A stretch of 64,000 bases of DNA from an uncultured Lachnospiraceae bacterium (GTDB lineage: Bacteria; Bacillota; Clostridia; Lachnospirales; Lachnospiraceae): NCBI GenBank assembly GCA_964421915.1, contig CAYQZB010000005.1, forward strand, positions 18,761 through 82,760, written 5' to 3'. Position 1 is the stretch's first letter. Every line of letters starts with the position of its first letter. Under the pieces are notes generated by a model. The model worked only from the letters and a program-made list of their open reading frames with translations. It was not told where the DNA came from and searched no databases. This document shows, one piece after another, positions 1-9,890 of the stretch. Both the position numbers and the translations under genes were made by a program.

Positions 1-1328
1 CACAGGCAGTTATAGCTGAATACTTTGATGGTAAAGAACCCTCCTTTCCTATTGATCCATTTAAAATGATACGCGATTTTGGAATTATATATCAATTTAT
101 GGAATTTAAGGATTTGGAGGGTATTTACATTTTACCGGATGATGAAGATGATATTCCGGTTATAGGTATTAATTTTGGGAGACCTATAACCCGTCAAAGA
201 TATACTGCAGCACACGAATTGTGTCATCACATTAAAGACCGTGACAGTAGTATTTGTCCGATTAGCGGAAAGAAGAACAGTATAGAAAGCTTTGCTGATG
301 CATTTGCATCAGAGTTACTTATGCCAACAAAATTTCTTAGAGCTGAAGCAAGAAAGTACGCTGTAAATGGAATAGTAAACAGAAGTGATATTTTGAAGAT
401 TGCAGAGCATTTTGGTGTGAGCTTTGAATCTGCAGTTTTTTCGGTCGCCTATAAAATTAATATGTTGGATGGCGAGGCAGATGCCAAGATAATAAAACGG
501 GAGAATCGTAAGTTTAAGCCGGAACAAAAGAAAATAGAATTAGGCTTAGATACAGAAAACGTAAATCTGTGGGAGCAAGTAGTTAATTCATATGAGTATT
601 TTTGGAGTATAGACAATAAATATGCTTGGTACATATTTAAGAATGATTTTATTTATCATGAAAACCGTTTGGAAAGGCTCAACCTTGATGATGATGTAGT
701 TGCAGAAATAATTGCTGATTTGCGATACAACAAAAATGAGAGTCAGTATTGTAATGAAGAATATGAAGAAATCATACAAGTAGCAGGCCATTCTGCTTTA
801 TATGATTATATATATGACACGGAAGATAAGTTAGATATTTATAAAATACAGAAATTGAACAAGATGCTGTATCAATATGCCCCATTTCCAGAAGCAGGCG
901 GGTTGTATCGCCAAGATAATAATTTTGTTACAGGTGCAGAGTTTGAAACCGTAGATTATCATATGATTGTACAGGAAATAATTGCTCTAGACGCACCAAT
1001 GAAAGCGCTGACAGAAGAGATGGACAAGTTAACAGTTGCGGATGTTATAAAGCAGGCTGCAATAATCCATCACCGAATAACTGTAATCCATCCATTTGGA
1101 GATGGTAATGGAAGATGTTCACGGGCATTATTAAATTGGACATACAGACTTAAAGGACTTCCGCCAATTTATATAAAATATCCGGAAAAGGAGGAGTATT
1201 ATGAAGGTTTAAATAACATTGATAAAAGTCAGAATTATGATAAGCTTTTTAAAGTATTTATGCGAGAGGTAATACGAAGTTCGATGCAGCTTAATAAGGT
1301 TTTCATAGAGGAAAATGTAATAGTGTAG
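1..1328 (+). CDS. ImmA/IrrE-type zinc metallopeptidase fused to a C-terminal Fic domain; 5' end runs off the window
   Basis: The frame is open from base 3 (QAVIAEYFDGKEPSFPIDPFKM...), so the ORF-track start at 66 is internal. HExxH motif 'AAHELCHH'. Fic motif 'HPFGDGNGRCSR' near the C-terminus. Confidence 0.75.
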   Translation, partial: QAVIAEYFDGKEPSFPIDPFKMIRDFGIIYQFMEFKDLEGIYILPDDEDDIPVIGINFGRPITRQRYTAAHELCHHIKDRDSSICPISGKKNSIESFADAFASELLMPTKFLRAEARKYAVNGIVNRSDILKIAEHFGVSFESAVFSVAYKINMLDGEADAKIIKRENRKFKPEQKKIELGLDTENVNLWEQVVNSYEYFWSIDNKYAWYIFKNDFIYHENRLERLNLDDDVVAEIIADLRYNKNESQYCNEEYEEIIQVAGHSALYDYIYDTEDKLDIYKIQKLNKMLYQYAPFPEAGGLYRQDNNFVTGAEFETVDYHMIVQEIIALDAPMKALTEEMDKLTVADVIKQAAIIHHRITVIHPFGDGNGRCSRALLNWTYRLKGLPPIYIKYPEKEEYYEGLNNIDKSQNYDKLFKVFMREVIRSSMQLNKVFIEENVIV

Positions 1329-1526
1329 TGGGAGATGTGTTGCTCTGAATTAAGGGGGTTTTTGACCAATAAATTGAATTTTTGTCCAATGAGATTTATA
1401 AGTAGTAATAACTTGCTAAAATATGCTCTGATTTGCAACATTTGTTCTTTTGAGAGCAAGGCATAAGATATCTGGGAAACCTAGCAAAACTGGACGTTTT
1501 ACGGCATATTAAGGAGTTTGATAACA

Positions 1527-1982
1527 ATGATTAAAATACTTTTCGTCTGCCACGGCAATATTTGTCGCAGCACCATGAGCCAGTTTGTGCTTCAGCATAT
1601 GGTAAATACCATGGGGATCGCGGATCAGTTTTATATTGATTCTATGGCTACAAGCACTGAGGAAATCGGCAATCCGCCCCATTATGGAACGGTGAATAAA
1701 TTAAGAGAGGTGGGGATCCCTGTGCTTCCTCATAGGGCAAAGCAGATTTCCTGGGCGGATTACGACCGGTTTGATTATATCATCGGCATGGATGAATGGA
1801 ATATGAGAAATCTTAACCGGATGCTGAAAGGCGATCCGGACGGTAAGCTTTATAAGTTCCGGACTTTTACCGGTTCAAATGCAGATATTGCCGATCCATG
1901 GTATACGGGAAATTTTGATGAGACATATAAAGATGTCTCCGAATGTTGTGAGGGGCTTCTTGCTTATCTGAGGCAGCATTGA
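1527..1982 (+). CDS. Low-molecular-weight protein tyrosine phosphatase
   Basis: P-loop 'CHGNICRS' (CX5R-S) at the N-terminus and a 'DIADPWY' Asp loop. The AAGGAG RBS at 1511-1516 favours the ATG at 1527 over the TTG at 1518. Confidence 0.9.
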   Translation: MIKILFVCHGNICRSTMSQFVLQHMVNTMGIADQFYIDSMATSTEEIGNPPHYGTVNKLREVGIPVLPHRAKQISWADYDRFDYIIGMDEWNMRNLNRMLKGDPDGKLYKFRTFTGSNADIADPWYTGNFDETYKDVSECCEGLLAYLRQH

Positions 1983-2326
1983 CCTCTTGGATCCATTGAT
2001 GGATGCACGTGGTTTGCGGTGAAATCATCTTGCTTTGCGGTATTGATCCCGCACAGAAAATGCTATTATTTGTGTTTCCGAAAAACGATCAACTGGTGTC
2101 TTCCTAAAGTGTGAAAACAGCCGGATTTGACGTCTTTTTTATGCCCTGAAACAATGAAATAATTACATGGAAACTAAAATAAAATCAACCCAAATTAAAA
2201 AAATACGAAAAAATAGAGATGTTTTATAAAATTTTCGGAAATTTTAAAAATCCTCTGGACAAATAAAAAATATTGTGATACGATTCAAAACAAGTCAAAA
2301 CAAAAAGTCAAAGCAGGATCTTCTGC

Positions 2327-2380
2327 AAAATCTGTTACATCCAATTAGAATCTGAGGGTAATGTTTTATTAACAGATTTT
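2327..2380. repeat. 11-bp perfect inverted repeat (AAAATCTGTTA / TAACAGATTTT) with a 32-nt spacer, in the long untranslated region upstream of the Tad locus
   Basis: Read directly from the sequence. Lies inside the 523-bp AT-rich gap between 1982 and 2506. Confidence 0.4.
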
Positions 2381-2505
2381 CCCAGGAATCAAAGAGTTAC
2401 GAAGTGTGTTGTGTTTTAGTGTTTTTTAGCAAATTTATTGTCCTTTCTTCAAATGTAGTATGTAATGCTTGAGATGCGTGAAAAGTGTAAATATGTGAGG
2501 TAACG

Positions 2506-3270
2506 ATGATTGCAGGATTATTCTTTTTTCTGGTTCTGGCGGTGATTTTAGACCTCAGGACATACAGGATACCTAATGTTTTGACGATGACAGGAATGGC
2601 GGTCGGTGTGATCTATCAACTGAGCAGGGCCGGCCCGCCAGGAATGTTTGGAGCTTTAAAAGATCTTATTGGCAGTATTTTGATTTTGTTCCCATTATAT
2701 GTTATTAGATGTCTGGGAGCAGGAGACATTAAGCTTCTATCCGTTGTGACGGCAGTTCTCGGATTGAAACAGGGTATGACGATTTCTATCTATTCCTTAT
2801 TTGTAGGCGCAGCAATTGGAATAATCAAAGGTAGTATCTTATTCGTCCTTCGACGAAAAGAATCCACGGATCAACCAATCCTTAAGGAGACAATACAACA
2901 GATCATAAAAAATCTGGGAAAGGAGGTACTTTATTATTCCGCAGGGAAAACTGCAAAATTGACATTTTTATTTGACGAAAAATTCCAAAAATTCATAAAG
3001 GGGGTGGGAGATGGTAAACAAAGAAAAAATTTGCTTCAACAAAACCGTCATAAGATACAAATAAGTAATAGGAATATAAGTTCAAGTTGTAAACAAAAAG
3101 ATCAGATAGGAGAGATCAAAGAAACTGTTTATATGAATCATATGCAGCAGACAGAAGAAATGCATCATAAAGAAGAAATGCATCATAAAGAAATGGCAGG
3201 AAAGAAAAGATGTGTCATTCATTACAGCATAGCTATTCTAATTGCATTTTTGATTGTCTGTATGAGTTAG
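2506..3270 (+). CDS. Prepilin peptidase (A24 family, CpaA/TadV-like) with a long hydrophilic insertion/C-terminal extension
   Basis: 'DLRTYRIPN' and 'GAGDIKLL' match the two-Asp motif regions. Multiple TM segments. About 110 aa of polar sequence containing an 'EEMHHK' repeat precedes a last TM segment. Confidence 0.8.
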   Translation: MIAGLFFFLVLAVILDLRTYRIPNVLTMTGMAVGVIYQLSRAGPPGMFGALKDLIGSILILFPLYVIRCLGAGDIKLLSVVTAVLGLKQGMTISIYSLFVGAAIGIIKGSILFVLRRKESTDQPILKETIQQIIKNLGKEVLYYSAGKTAKLTFLFDEKFQKFIKGVGDGKQRKNLLQQNRHKIQISNRNISSSCKQKDQIGEIKETVYMNHMQQTEEMHHKEEMHHKEMAGKKRCVIHYSIAILIAFLIVCMS

Positions 3271-3281
3271 GAGGAAGCGTT

Positions 3282-4277
3282 TTGAAAAATGATCGTTTAG
3301 CAATCTGTGATTCTGATGAAAAATATATGGAGAAGCTGCAGCAGTACCTGATCAGCCGGAGTTCCTTTCCTTTTTCCGTTAGTATCTATGGGGATATCAA
3401 GGAATTTCAAAAAGAAAATGCTAAAAAAGGATTTGAGGTTGTTTTGGTTGGAGAAAACATGTTTCAGGATCTGGCAGAAAAACAGTCCTTTGGGATGGTC
3501 ATACTTTTGCAGGATCAAGGCAGTATAAATGGTAAGGCAGAGAGGATCATCCGTAAATATCAATCTGCTGAGACGATCCGGAAGAAGATCCTGGAGCTGT
3601 ACGCAGACTGGAATGGTATGGTAAAAGAACATGGTACGACACAGAAGGATAGCAGTCTGATCGGTGTGTATTCGCCCCTTGGAAGGTGTATCCAGACTTC
3701 TTTTTCCCTTCTTTTGGGACAGTTTCTGGCAAAAAAGCAGAGTGTTTTATATCTGAATTTTGAACCGTTTTCCGGATTGTCCGGACTGCTCGGCAGGGAA
3801 GAGGAAAAGGATCTGACGGATCTAGTATATTTTCTGGGCAATGGAAAAGAACGGTTCTTATACAAACTGGAAAGCATGGTATCTAATGTAAATGGCCTGA
3901 ATTATGTGGCGCCGGCATATTCCTATATGGATATTGCGGCAGTAAAGGCGGAGGATTGGCTTTTGCTGATCCATAGTTTAAAAGAATGTGCCAATTATGA
4001 CGTCATTATACTGGATCTTTCGGAGCTGGTGCAGGGACTTCCCGATGTCCTGCGGGAATGCAGCTATATTTACACGCTGAACCGGATGGACGGTGTGGCG
4101 CTCCACAAGATGAAAGAATATGAAGATCTTCTGGAACGGCAGGAATATCAGGATGTCATCAGCAAAACCAAAAAACTGGAGTTTCCAATTTTTAAATCTC
4201 TTCCCGCGACCTTGGAGGAGATGAGTTATGGGGAGCTGGCGGATTATGTGAGAAAGATCGCGGTGATGCCGGCGTAG
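3282..4277 (+). CDS. TadZ/CpaE-like protein (pseudo-receiver N-domain plus MinD/ParA-like domain with degenerate P-loop)
   Basis: Position between the peptidase and tadA. 'IGVYSPLGRCIQTS' sits where the MinD-type 'GxKGGxGKT' motif is expected. GGAGGA RBS followed by an in-frame TTG at 3282; the ORF-track ATG at 3210 overlaps the previous gene. Confidence 0.6.
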   Translation: MKNDRLAICDSDEKYMEKLQQYLISRSSFPFSVSIYGDIKEFQKENAKKGFEVVLVGENMFQDLAEKQSFGMVILLQDQGSINGKAERIIRKYQSAETIRKKILELYADWNGMVKEHGTTQKDSSLIGVYSPLGRCIQTSFSLLLGQFLAKKQSVLYLNFEPFSGLSGLLGREEEKDLTDLVYFLGNGKERFLYKLESMVSNVNGLNYVAPAYSYMDIAAVKAEDWLLLIHSLKECANYDVIILDLSELVQGLPDVLRECSYIYTLNRMDGVALHKMKEYEDLLERQEYQDVISKTKKLEFPIFKSLPATLEEMSYGELADYVRKIAVMPA

Positions 4278-4360
4278 CGTGAAAGGTCATTGATTTTATG
4301 GGATCATCATTATGTGTATTATTTTAGCGGTTATGCATATAAAAACAGGCGGGGTATATT

Positions 4361-5593
4361 GTGAGTGAGAAAAAATCGGAAAAAAGCGTCAAAACAGAAT
4401 TAAAAGAGGCGGTACAGGAGCGCATCAGTCTTTCCAGAGAAATGTCGGATGAGGAAATCCGGGAGCTGATTGATCAGGTGATCATCCAAAAAGGGCGGGA
4501 ATACGGTCTTGCTTATGAGCAGAAGAAAGAGCTTTCCAAAGAATTGTTTTATGCCATCAGAAAACTGGATATCTTGGAAGAGCTGACTTCTGATCCCGGT
4601 GTCACGGAGATTATGATCAATGGGGTAGATAATATATTTATTGAGCGTAACGGCAGGCTGATGCAATGGGACAAGACCTTTGAATCGCCGGAAAAGTTAG
4701 AGGATGTGATCCAGCAGATCGTCGCAAAGTGCAACCGTACGGTAAATGAGGCATCGCCGATCGCGGATGCCAGGCTGGAAAATGGTTCGCGTGTCAATAT
4801 TGTGCTTGCGCCGGTGGCATTAAATGGACCGATTGTTACCATTCGGAGGTTTCCGGAACATCCGATCCAGATGAAGGATCTGCTTAACTTTGGCGCTATT
4901 AACGAAGAAGCCGTTGATTTTCTAAGGGATCTTGTGGTGGCAGGGTATAACATTTTTATCAGCGGCGGTACCGGCAGCGGCAAGACGACATTTTTAAACG
5001 CATTATCCGATTACATACCTAAGGATGAGAGGATTATTACCATAGAAGACAGCGCAGAGCTGCAGATCCTTGGGGTGCCGAATCTGGTCCGTCTGGAAAC
5101 CAGGAATGCCAATGTGGAAGGCTGTGAGCCGATCAGTATCCGGGATCTGATCAAGTCAAGCCTCCGGATGCGTCCGGATCGGATCGTTGTGGGAGAAGTG
5201 CGTGGAGGGGAAGCAATCGATATGATACAGGCGTTAAATACCGGTCACGACGGATCGCTTTCTACCGGTCATGCCAACAGCGCAAGGGATATGCTGTCGC
5301 GTCTGGAGACGATGGTCATGATGGCTATGGATCTTCCGCTGGCGGCGATCAGGGGACAGATCGCCAGTGGGATCGATATCATTGTACATTTGGGAAGGCT
5401 TCGGGATAAGAGCAGAAAGGTACTGGAGATCGTGGAGGTGCTCGGTTATGAAAACAATGAGATCAAAACCTCCGTATTATATGCATTTCAGGAGGATGGG
5501 GAAGATGAGCAGGGAAAGATCAGAGGCAGGCTTTTGGCAAAGGAAAAACTCCGCTCGGACGCAAAGCTCAGGGCAGCCGGAATCTTACGATAA
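4361..5593 (+). CDS. tadA: Tad pilus secretion ATPase (CpaF/TadA family)
   Basis: Walker A 'GGTGSGKTT', Walker B-like 'RIVVGEVRG', His box 'GHDGSLSTGHAN'. GTG start. Confidence 0.95.
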   Translation: MSEKKSEKSVKTELKEAVQERISLSREMSDEEIRELIDQVIIQKGREYGLAYEQKKELSKELFYAIRKLDILEELTSDPGVTEIMINGVDNIFIERNGRLMQWDKTFESPEKLEDVIQQIVAKCNRTVNEASPIADARLENGSRVNIVLAPVALNGPIVTIRRFPEHPIQMKDLLNFGAINEEAVDFLRDLVVAGYNIFISGGTGSGKTTFLNALSDYIPKDERIITIEDSAELQILGVPNLVRLETRNANVEGCEPISIRDLIKSSLRMRPDRIVVGEVRGGEAIDMIQALNTGHDGSLSTGHANSARDMLSRLETMVMMAMDLPLAAIRGQIASGIDIIVHLGRLRDKSRKVLEIVEVLGYENNEIKTSVLYAFQEDGEDEQGKIRGRLLAKEKLRSDAKLRAAGILR

Positions 5594-5600
5594 CTATCGG

Positions 5601-6320
5601 ATGAATATCAGGGAGATTATCTGTTATGGTCTGCAGGGAGTGGGGATCGCGGCGTTGGTATCTTATGTGTTTTACCGTTCGGCGATCGTATTTCTGTTAT
5701 TGCTGATACCGGAGTTGATCTTTCTTCTTCGTCAAAAGAAAAAAAATCTTCTGCACAGGCGTAAGGAGGAGCTGAATCTTCAGTTCAAAGAAATGATGCA
5801 TGCTGTTATTGCGGGGCTGCAGGCGGGATATTCCATAGAAAATGCATTTACGCATGCATATCAGGATATCTGCCTGTTGTATGGGAAACAGTCCATGATG
5901 GCGAAAGAGCTGTTTCATCTGACCATGGAATTAAGAAATAACCGCAATATCGAAGATGTTCTTTCTGATTTTGCGGCAAGATGTCAGATCGCGGATATCC
6001 GGGATTTTGCGGAGGTATTTCATATTGCAAAGAAAAGCGGCGGCAATCTTGTGGGGATATTGAAAAATACAGCGGATATCATCAGCGACAAAATAGAGGT
6101 CAAACGTGAGATCACTACGATGATCAGCGCAAAGCGCTTGGAGCAGAGGATCATGGATATTGTGCCATTTGCGATTATTTTATATATTGACGCATCCTCA
6201 CCGGGATTTTTTGACGGGATGTATCATAATCCGGTGGGAATCGCAATCATGACAGTTCTGCTGGCCGTCTATATTGCCGCTTACCTGATGGCGGAAAAGA
6301 TCATCCATATAGATATCTGA
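5601..6320 (+). CDS. tadB: TadB-like inner-membrane platform protein (T2SS-F domain)
   Basis: Follows tadA directly. TM-cytoplasmic domain-TM layout. The ATG at 5601 lies just after the tadA stop; the ORF-track start at 5367 lies inside tadA. Confidence 0.8.
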   Translation: MNIREIICYGLQGVGIAALVSYVFYRSAIVFLLLLIPELIFLLRQKKKNLLHRRKEELNLQFKEMMHAVIAGLQAGYSIENAFTHAYQDICLLYGKQSMMAKELFHLTMELRNNRNIEDVLSDFAARCQIADIRDFAEVFHIAKKSGGNLVGILKNTADIISDKIEVKREITTMISAKRLEQRIMDIVPFAIILYIDASSPGFFDGMYHNPVGIAIMTVLLAVYIAAYLMAEKIIHIDI

Positions 6321-6413
6321 AAGCTTGATCTGCAGTATTTGAAAAATGCTCAGATTATAGCTGGAATAATAATTTTTTGCCAATCAGCTTAGATAAAGAG
6401 AGGACTACTATCA

Positions 6414-7865
6414 ATGATCATTAAGATTTTAATCATTATTTTGGGAATACAGGTTTTACTTCTCCTGCTTACAAGGAAGGAAAAGCTGCCGGAAGGAAAA
6501 GAGCTTTCCTCTTTCCTGCGGCCGTTTTACCGGGTGGGTGTATGGATCGCGGGACGTGTTGGCGGACTGTCCGTGTTTGCCAAGGATGGGGAAAAGCTTG
6601 GGACGCTTCATCCATCCGACAATACGGAAGCGCAGATGAGATGGTTTCTGGCGGAGAAGACGGCGCTTTGCTTTTTGACGATATTTGTCGGCTGTGTCAT
6701 TGCTGTTCTGATGGGGATCAAGGATCAGGGAAACGGATATCTGCAGGATGGAAGACTTCTAAATCGACAGGAATATTCGGAGGGAGGATATACAGCATAT
6801 CTTACTGCGTCGATCGGGGAAGATGCAGCCCAGACGATGGAGTTGACCATAGAAGAAAGACAATATACCGCGGATGAGATACAGGAGATGCTTCCGTCCT
6901 TTTATGAAGCCTTGGAAAAAGCAGTTCTTGGGGAAAATGTCTCAGCAGATCATGTTGACCAAAAAGTGAATTTAGTTGAGGCGGTAAAGGGTTATCCGTT
7001 TCAGATCGAGTGGAGCAGCAGTGACAAAGACATACTGGATCAATACGGGGTATTTGGTGAAAAGATTTCAGAAGAGGGCGATCTGATCACATTAACAGCA
7101 GACATAAGCTACAGGGATTTTGTGGAAATCTATAGCTTTCCGCTGATGATCTATCCTATGGAGCTTAGCCGGGAAGAGCAGATCAGAAGGGATCTGCAGC
7201 AGAAGCTGGATGAGGTTATCCGGCTGTCGCCGGAGGAAACGGAGATTCTTCTGCCGGAGGAGATAGATGGTATAAAGATTGTCTGGTCCGAGCAGAAAAA
7301 GCAGAATGCATTGATATTGCTGCTGCTTGTGATCGGCAGCAGCGTCGCTGTCTTTTGGGGAAAGAGCAATGATCTGGATAAAAAGATAAAGGAACGCAGC
7401 GAGCAGATGTTGCTGGATTATCCTGAGGTGGTCAGTAAGATGACGCTTTTCATCGGAGCAGGCATGACTGTCAGAGGGGCATGGAAAAAGCTTGTGTCGG
7501 ATTACAGGCATCGCAGGGAACATGGACAGCCGGTCAGATATATTTATGAGGAAATGCTGTTTACTTTATATGAAATGGAAAGCGGCATCGGGGAGTTGGA
7601 GGCGTACCAGCATTTTGCGGTCCGGTGTCAGGTGCAGAAATATGTTAAATTCGCCGCACTGCTGGAGCAGAATATCAGGCTGGGGGCAAAGGGGTTCCTA
7701 ACGGAATTAAACAAGGAAGCAAAGGATGCATTTGAAGAAAGAAAGAGCACCGCAAAACAGCTGGGAGAAACAGCCGGCTCCAAGCTGATGCTTCCCATGT
7801 TCCTGATGCTTGGTATCGTCATGGTTGTCATCATGGTTCCATCTTTTTTATCAATCGGGATGTGA
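6414..7865 (+). CDS. tadC: TadC-like platform protein with an extra ~300-aa N-terminal domain
   Basis: The C-terminal ~170 aa (LLDYPEVVSKMTLFIGAGMTVRGAW ... LMLPMFLMLGIVMVVIM) resembles a T2SS-F domain. The N-terminal part (TM then a soluble acidic domain) has no motif I recognise. Confidence 0.7.
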   Translation: MIIKILIIILGIQVLLLLLTRKEKLPEGKELSSFLRPFYRVGVWIAGRVGGLSVFAKDGEKLGTLHPSDNTEAQMRWFLAEKTALCFLTIFVGCVIAVLMGIKDQGNGYLQDGRLLNRQEYSEGGYTAYLTASIGEDAAQTMELTIEERQYTADEIQEMLPSFYEALEKAVLGENVSADHVDQKVNLVEAVKGYPFQIEWSSSDKDILDQYGVFGEKISEEGDLITLTADISYRDFVEIYSFPLMIYPMELSREEQIRRDLQQKLDEVIRLSPEETEILLPEEIDGIKIVWSEQKKQNALILLLLVIGSSVAVFWGKSNDLDKKIKERSEQMLLDYPEVVSKMTLFIGAGMTVRGAWKKLVSDYRHRREHGQPVRYIYEEMLFTLYEMESGIGELEAYQHFAVRCQVQKYVKFAALLEQNIRLGAKGFLTELNKEAKDAFEERKSTAKQLGETAGSKLMLPMFLMLGIVMVVIMVPSFLSIGM

Positions 7866-7907
7866 TCCATGGATATAGATCAGTGAGGCAGACAGGAAAG
7901 GAGGGAG

Positions 7908-8075
7908 ATGAATATGATCAGCAGATTTATAAAAGAAGATGACGGCATGGGAACCGTAGAGATCATTTTGATCATTGTCGTGTTGATTGGTCTGGTTATC
8001 ATTTTCAAAAAGGAGATCACGGATATCGTGAATGATCTGTTTAAAAATATTACAAATAAGACGTCAAGTTTTTAA
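7908..8075 (+). CDS. flp: Flp-family type IVc pilin (55 aa; absent from the ORF track because it is under 60 aa)
   Basis: Hand translation: MNMISRFIKEDDGMGTVEIILIIVVLIGLVIIFKKEITDIVNDLFKNITNKTSSF. It has the Flp-like 'G/xxxxE' processing motif (DDG-MGTVEI) followed by a hydrophobic helix. GGAGGGAG RBS upstream. Confidence 0.85.
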   Translation: MNMISRFIKEDDGMGTVEIILIIVVLIGLVIIFKKEITDIVNDLFKNITNKTSSF

Positions 8076-8156
8076 ATGATACATGGATTAAATCAATGCA
8101 TCAGCAGATCAGATCAAATTATTAGTAAAAAATTAAATAATCAATGGGGACAGAAC

Positions 8157-9665
8157 ATGGCAGCAGTCAAACAACAAAAAATTATTTTACGGATACATAG
8201 ATTATATGATGGGGAGTTGAACGTATATTTTGCATTGATGATAGCAGTAATCATCCCACTGATCTTGACAATGATAGAAGGCAGCAGGATCAATGCAATG
8301 AAGCTTCAACTGGAATGTGTTGTAGATATGGGCATGGATTCTGTCCTTGCAGAGTATAACAGACCATTATTGGAGCAGTATGATCTTTTGTTTATTGATT
8401 TGGCTTATGACCAGACATACGGTTCTCTGGAGTATCTGGAGGAGCATTTTGCAGAGTATGTTTCTTATAATCTGCAGCCGCAGAAAGAACTTTCAATCTT
8501 GCAGAATAGAGATTTTCTGGGGCTGGATATGGAATCAATGGAAATCCTGGCGGCATCCCGCGCGACAGATGAAAAGGGCGCGGTGTTTCGGTATATGGCG
8601 GTCTCATATATGTTAAATAAATATGGAATGGATTATATAGACGAACTGCGGGATATGATCGCGGTTACGGAGAGCAGCGGACTGTATGACAGTGATATTA
8701 TGGCGGAAAATGATAATGCGCAGAATGCAATTGACGGTATTGAGATTCCACCCCCGGAGGATCTTGAGGAAGGGGAGGAATGGAAGGAACCGGAAAAGGA
8801 TGATCCGACGGATCGGGTAAATGAGGTTAGATATCGGGGAATCCTTCCTTTGGTCTGCGAGGGGGAGATATCAGCCGCAGCTGTCAATCCTGACAGCTAT
8901 GTTATGGGAAGGACTCTGGTTAAGGGCAGCGGCATGGAGGAAAGCTGGCAGGAACGTATGCCGCTGGTGGAAGGACTCTTATTTAATGAATATATCATGG
9001 AAAAATGCGGTAACTACTGCCAAAGAAAAGAAGGAAGTCCGTTGTGCTATGAAACGGAGTATGTCATAGCGGGCAAGAGTAATGACACGGATAATCTGAG
9101 AATTGCCGCAGAGAGGATCTTATTGATCAGGGGCGGTGCAAACAGCATCTATTTTTTCAGCAATCAGGAGCTGAAGGCGGAAGCAAAAGCTCTGGCTGTT
9201 TCATTATCCTTTGTCCTGCTTTATCCGCAATTTGAGATGTTGTTTGAGGCAGCGATCATAGCGGCATGGATTTATGCGGAAAGCGTTGTAGATGTCAGAC
9301 AGTTATTTTCCGGAAAGAAGGTTCCCTTGCTCAAGGGAGCGGGAGATTGGAACTTAAGCCTGGAAAATGCTTTAGGACTTACCGCAGAAGCGGTCGGCGG
9401 TATGGCGGGAGGAGGAGATTCTTCAAATCATGAAGGAGAGTCCGGTCTGAGCTATGGGGATTATCTGAGATTATTGCTGTATATAACGCCGATGGAGGAA
9501 AAAACAGGGAGGTGCATGAATCTTGTGGAAATGAATATCAGAAAGGTTCCCGGCTATGAAAATTTCTGTCTGGATCAATGTGTTGCGGCTTTTACGGTTC
9601 AATTGGTGTTTTCAAGCAGTTACGGATACAGCTTTTTGATGAAAAGAAGCTGTCGTTATACATAA
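8157..9665 (+). CDS. Tad-locus protein with a pseudopilin-like hydrophobic N-terminus; function unknown
   Basis: 'ELNVYFALMIAVIIPLILTMIEGSR' resembles the TadE-type N-terminal segment. The remaining ~470 aa have no motif I recognise. GGGGA RBS before the ATG at 8157. Confidence 0.5.
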   Translation: MAAVKQQKIILRIHRLYDGELNVYFALMIAVIIPLILTMIEGSRINAMKLQLECVVDMGMDSVLAEYNRPLLEQYDLLFIDLAYDQTYGSLEYLEEHFAEYVSYNLQPQKELSILQNRDFLGLDMESMEILAASRATDEKGAVFRYMAVSYMLNKYGMDYIDELRDMIAVTESSGLYDSDIMAENDNAQNAIDGIEIPPPEDLEEGEEWKEPEKDDPTDRVNEVRYRGILPLVCEGEISAAAVNPDSYVMGRTLVKGSGMEESWQERMPLVEGLLFNEYIMEKCGNYCQRKEGSPLCYETEYVIAGKSNDTDNLRIAAERILLIRGGANSIYFFSNQELKAEAKALAVSLSFVLLYPQFEMLFEAAIIAAWIYAESVVDVRQLFSGKKVPLLKGAGDWNLSLENALGLTAEAVGGMAGGGDSSNHEGESGLSYGDYLRLLLYITPMEEKTGRCMNLVEMNIRKVPGYENFCLDQCVAAFTVQLVFSSSYGYSFLMKRSCRYT

Positions 9666-9890
9666 ATAACAATGGAAGGTCCGGTAAGACGTCCTTTTCC
9701 GAATAGATTTACTCAACATGCGTAAAAAAAATGTTCTCCTATCTGATCTGGGTTATCAAAGGTATTCTTGCTTTATCGATAGCCTTCTCATATTCGGGAA
9801 AGGATGTCTTAGCGGATCTTCCGTAAAATCAAGATTTTTATAAGCAGTGGATCGTTGTATCAATGTAGATATTGGTAAAAAGAACGATAT

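Noticed and set aside
1983-2505. c-di-GMP riboswitch (GEMM-I/II) upstream of the pilus locus
   Set aside because: The conserved sequence blocks I remember for these classes (e.g. GCACAGGGCAAACC / GACGCAAAGCC) are not present. The region is kept only as an unexplained long leader.
3210-3281. ATG at 3210 as the start of the TadZ-like gene
   Set aside because: It would overlap the peptidase gene by 61 nt. A GGAGGA RBS followed by an in-frame TTG at 3282 sits just after the peptidase stop.
5367-5600. Longer TadB ORF starting at 5367
   Set aside because: It lies entirely inside the tadA coding region in another frame. The ATG at 5601, right after the tadA stop, gives a normal TadB-like N-terminus.
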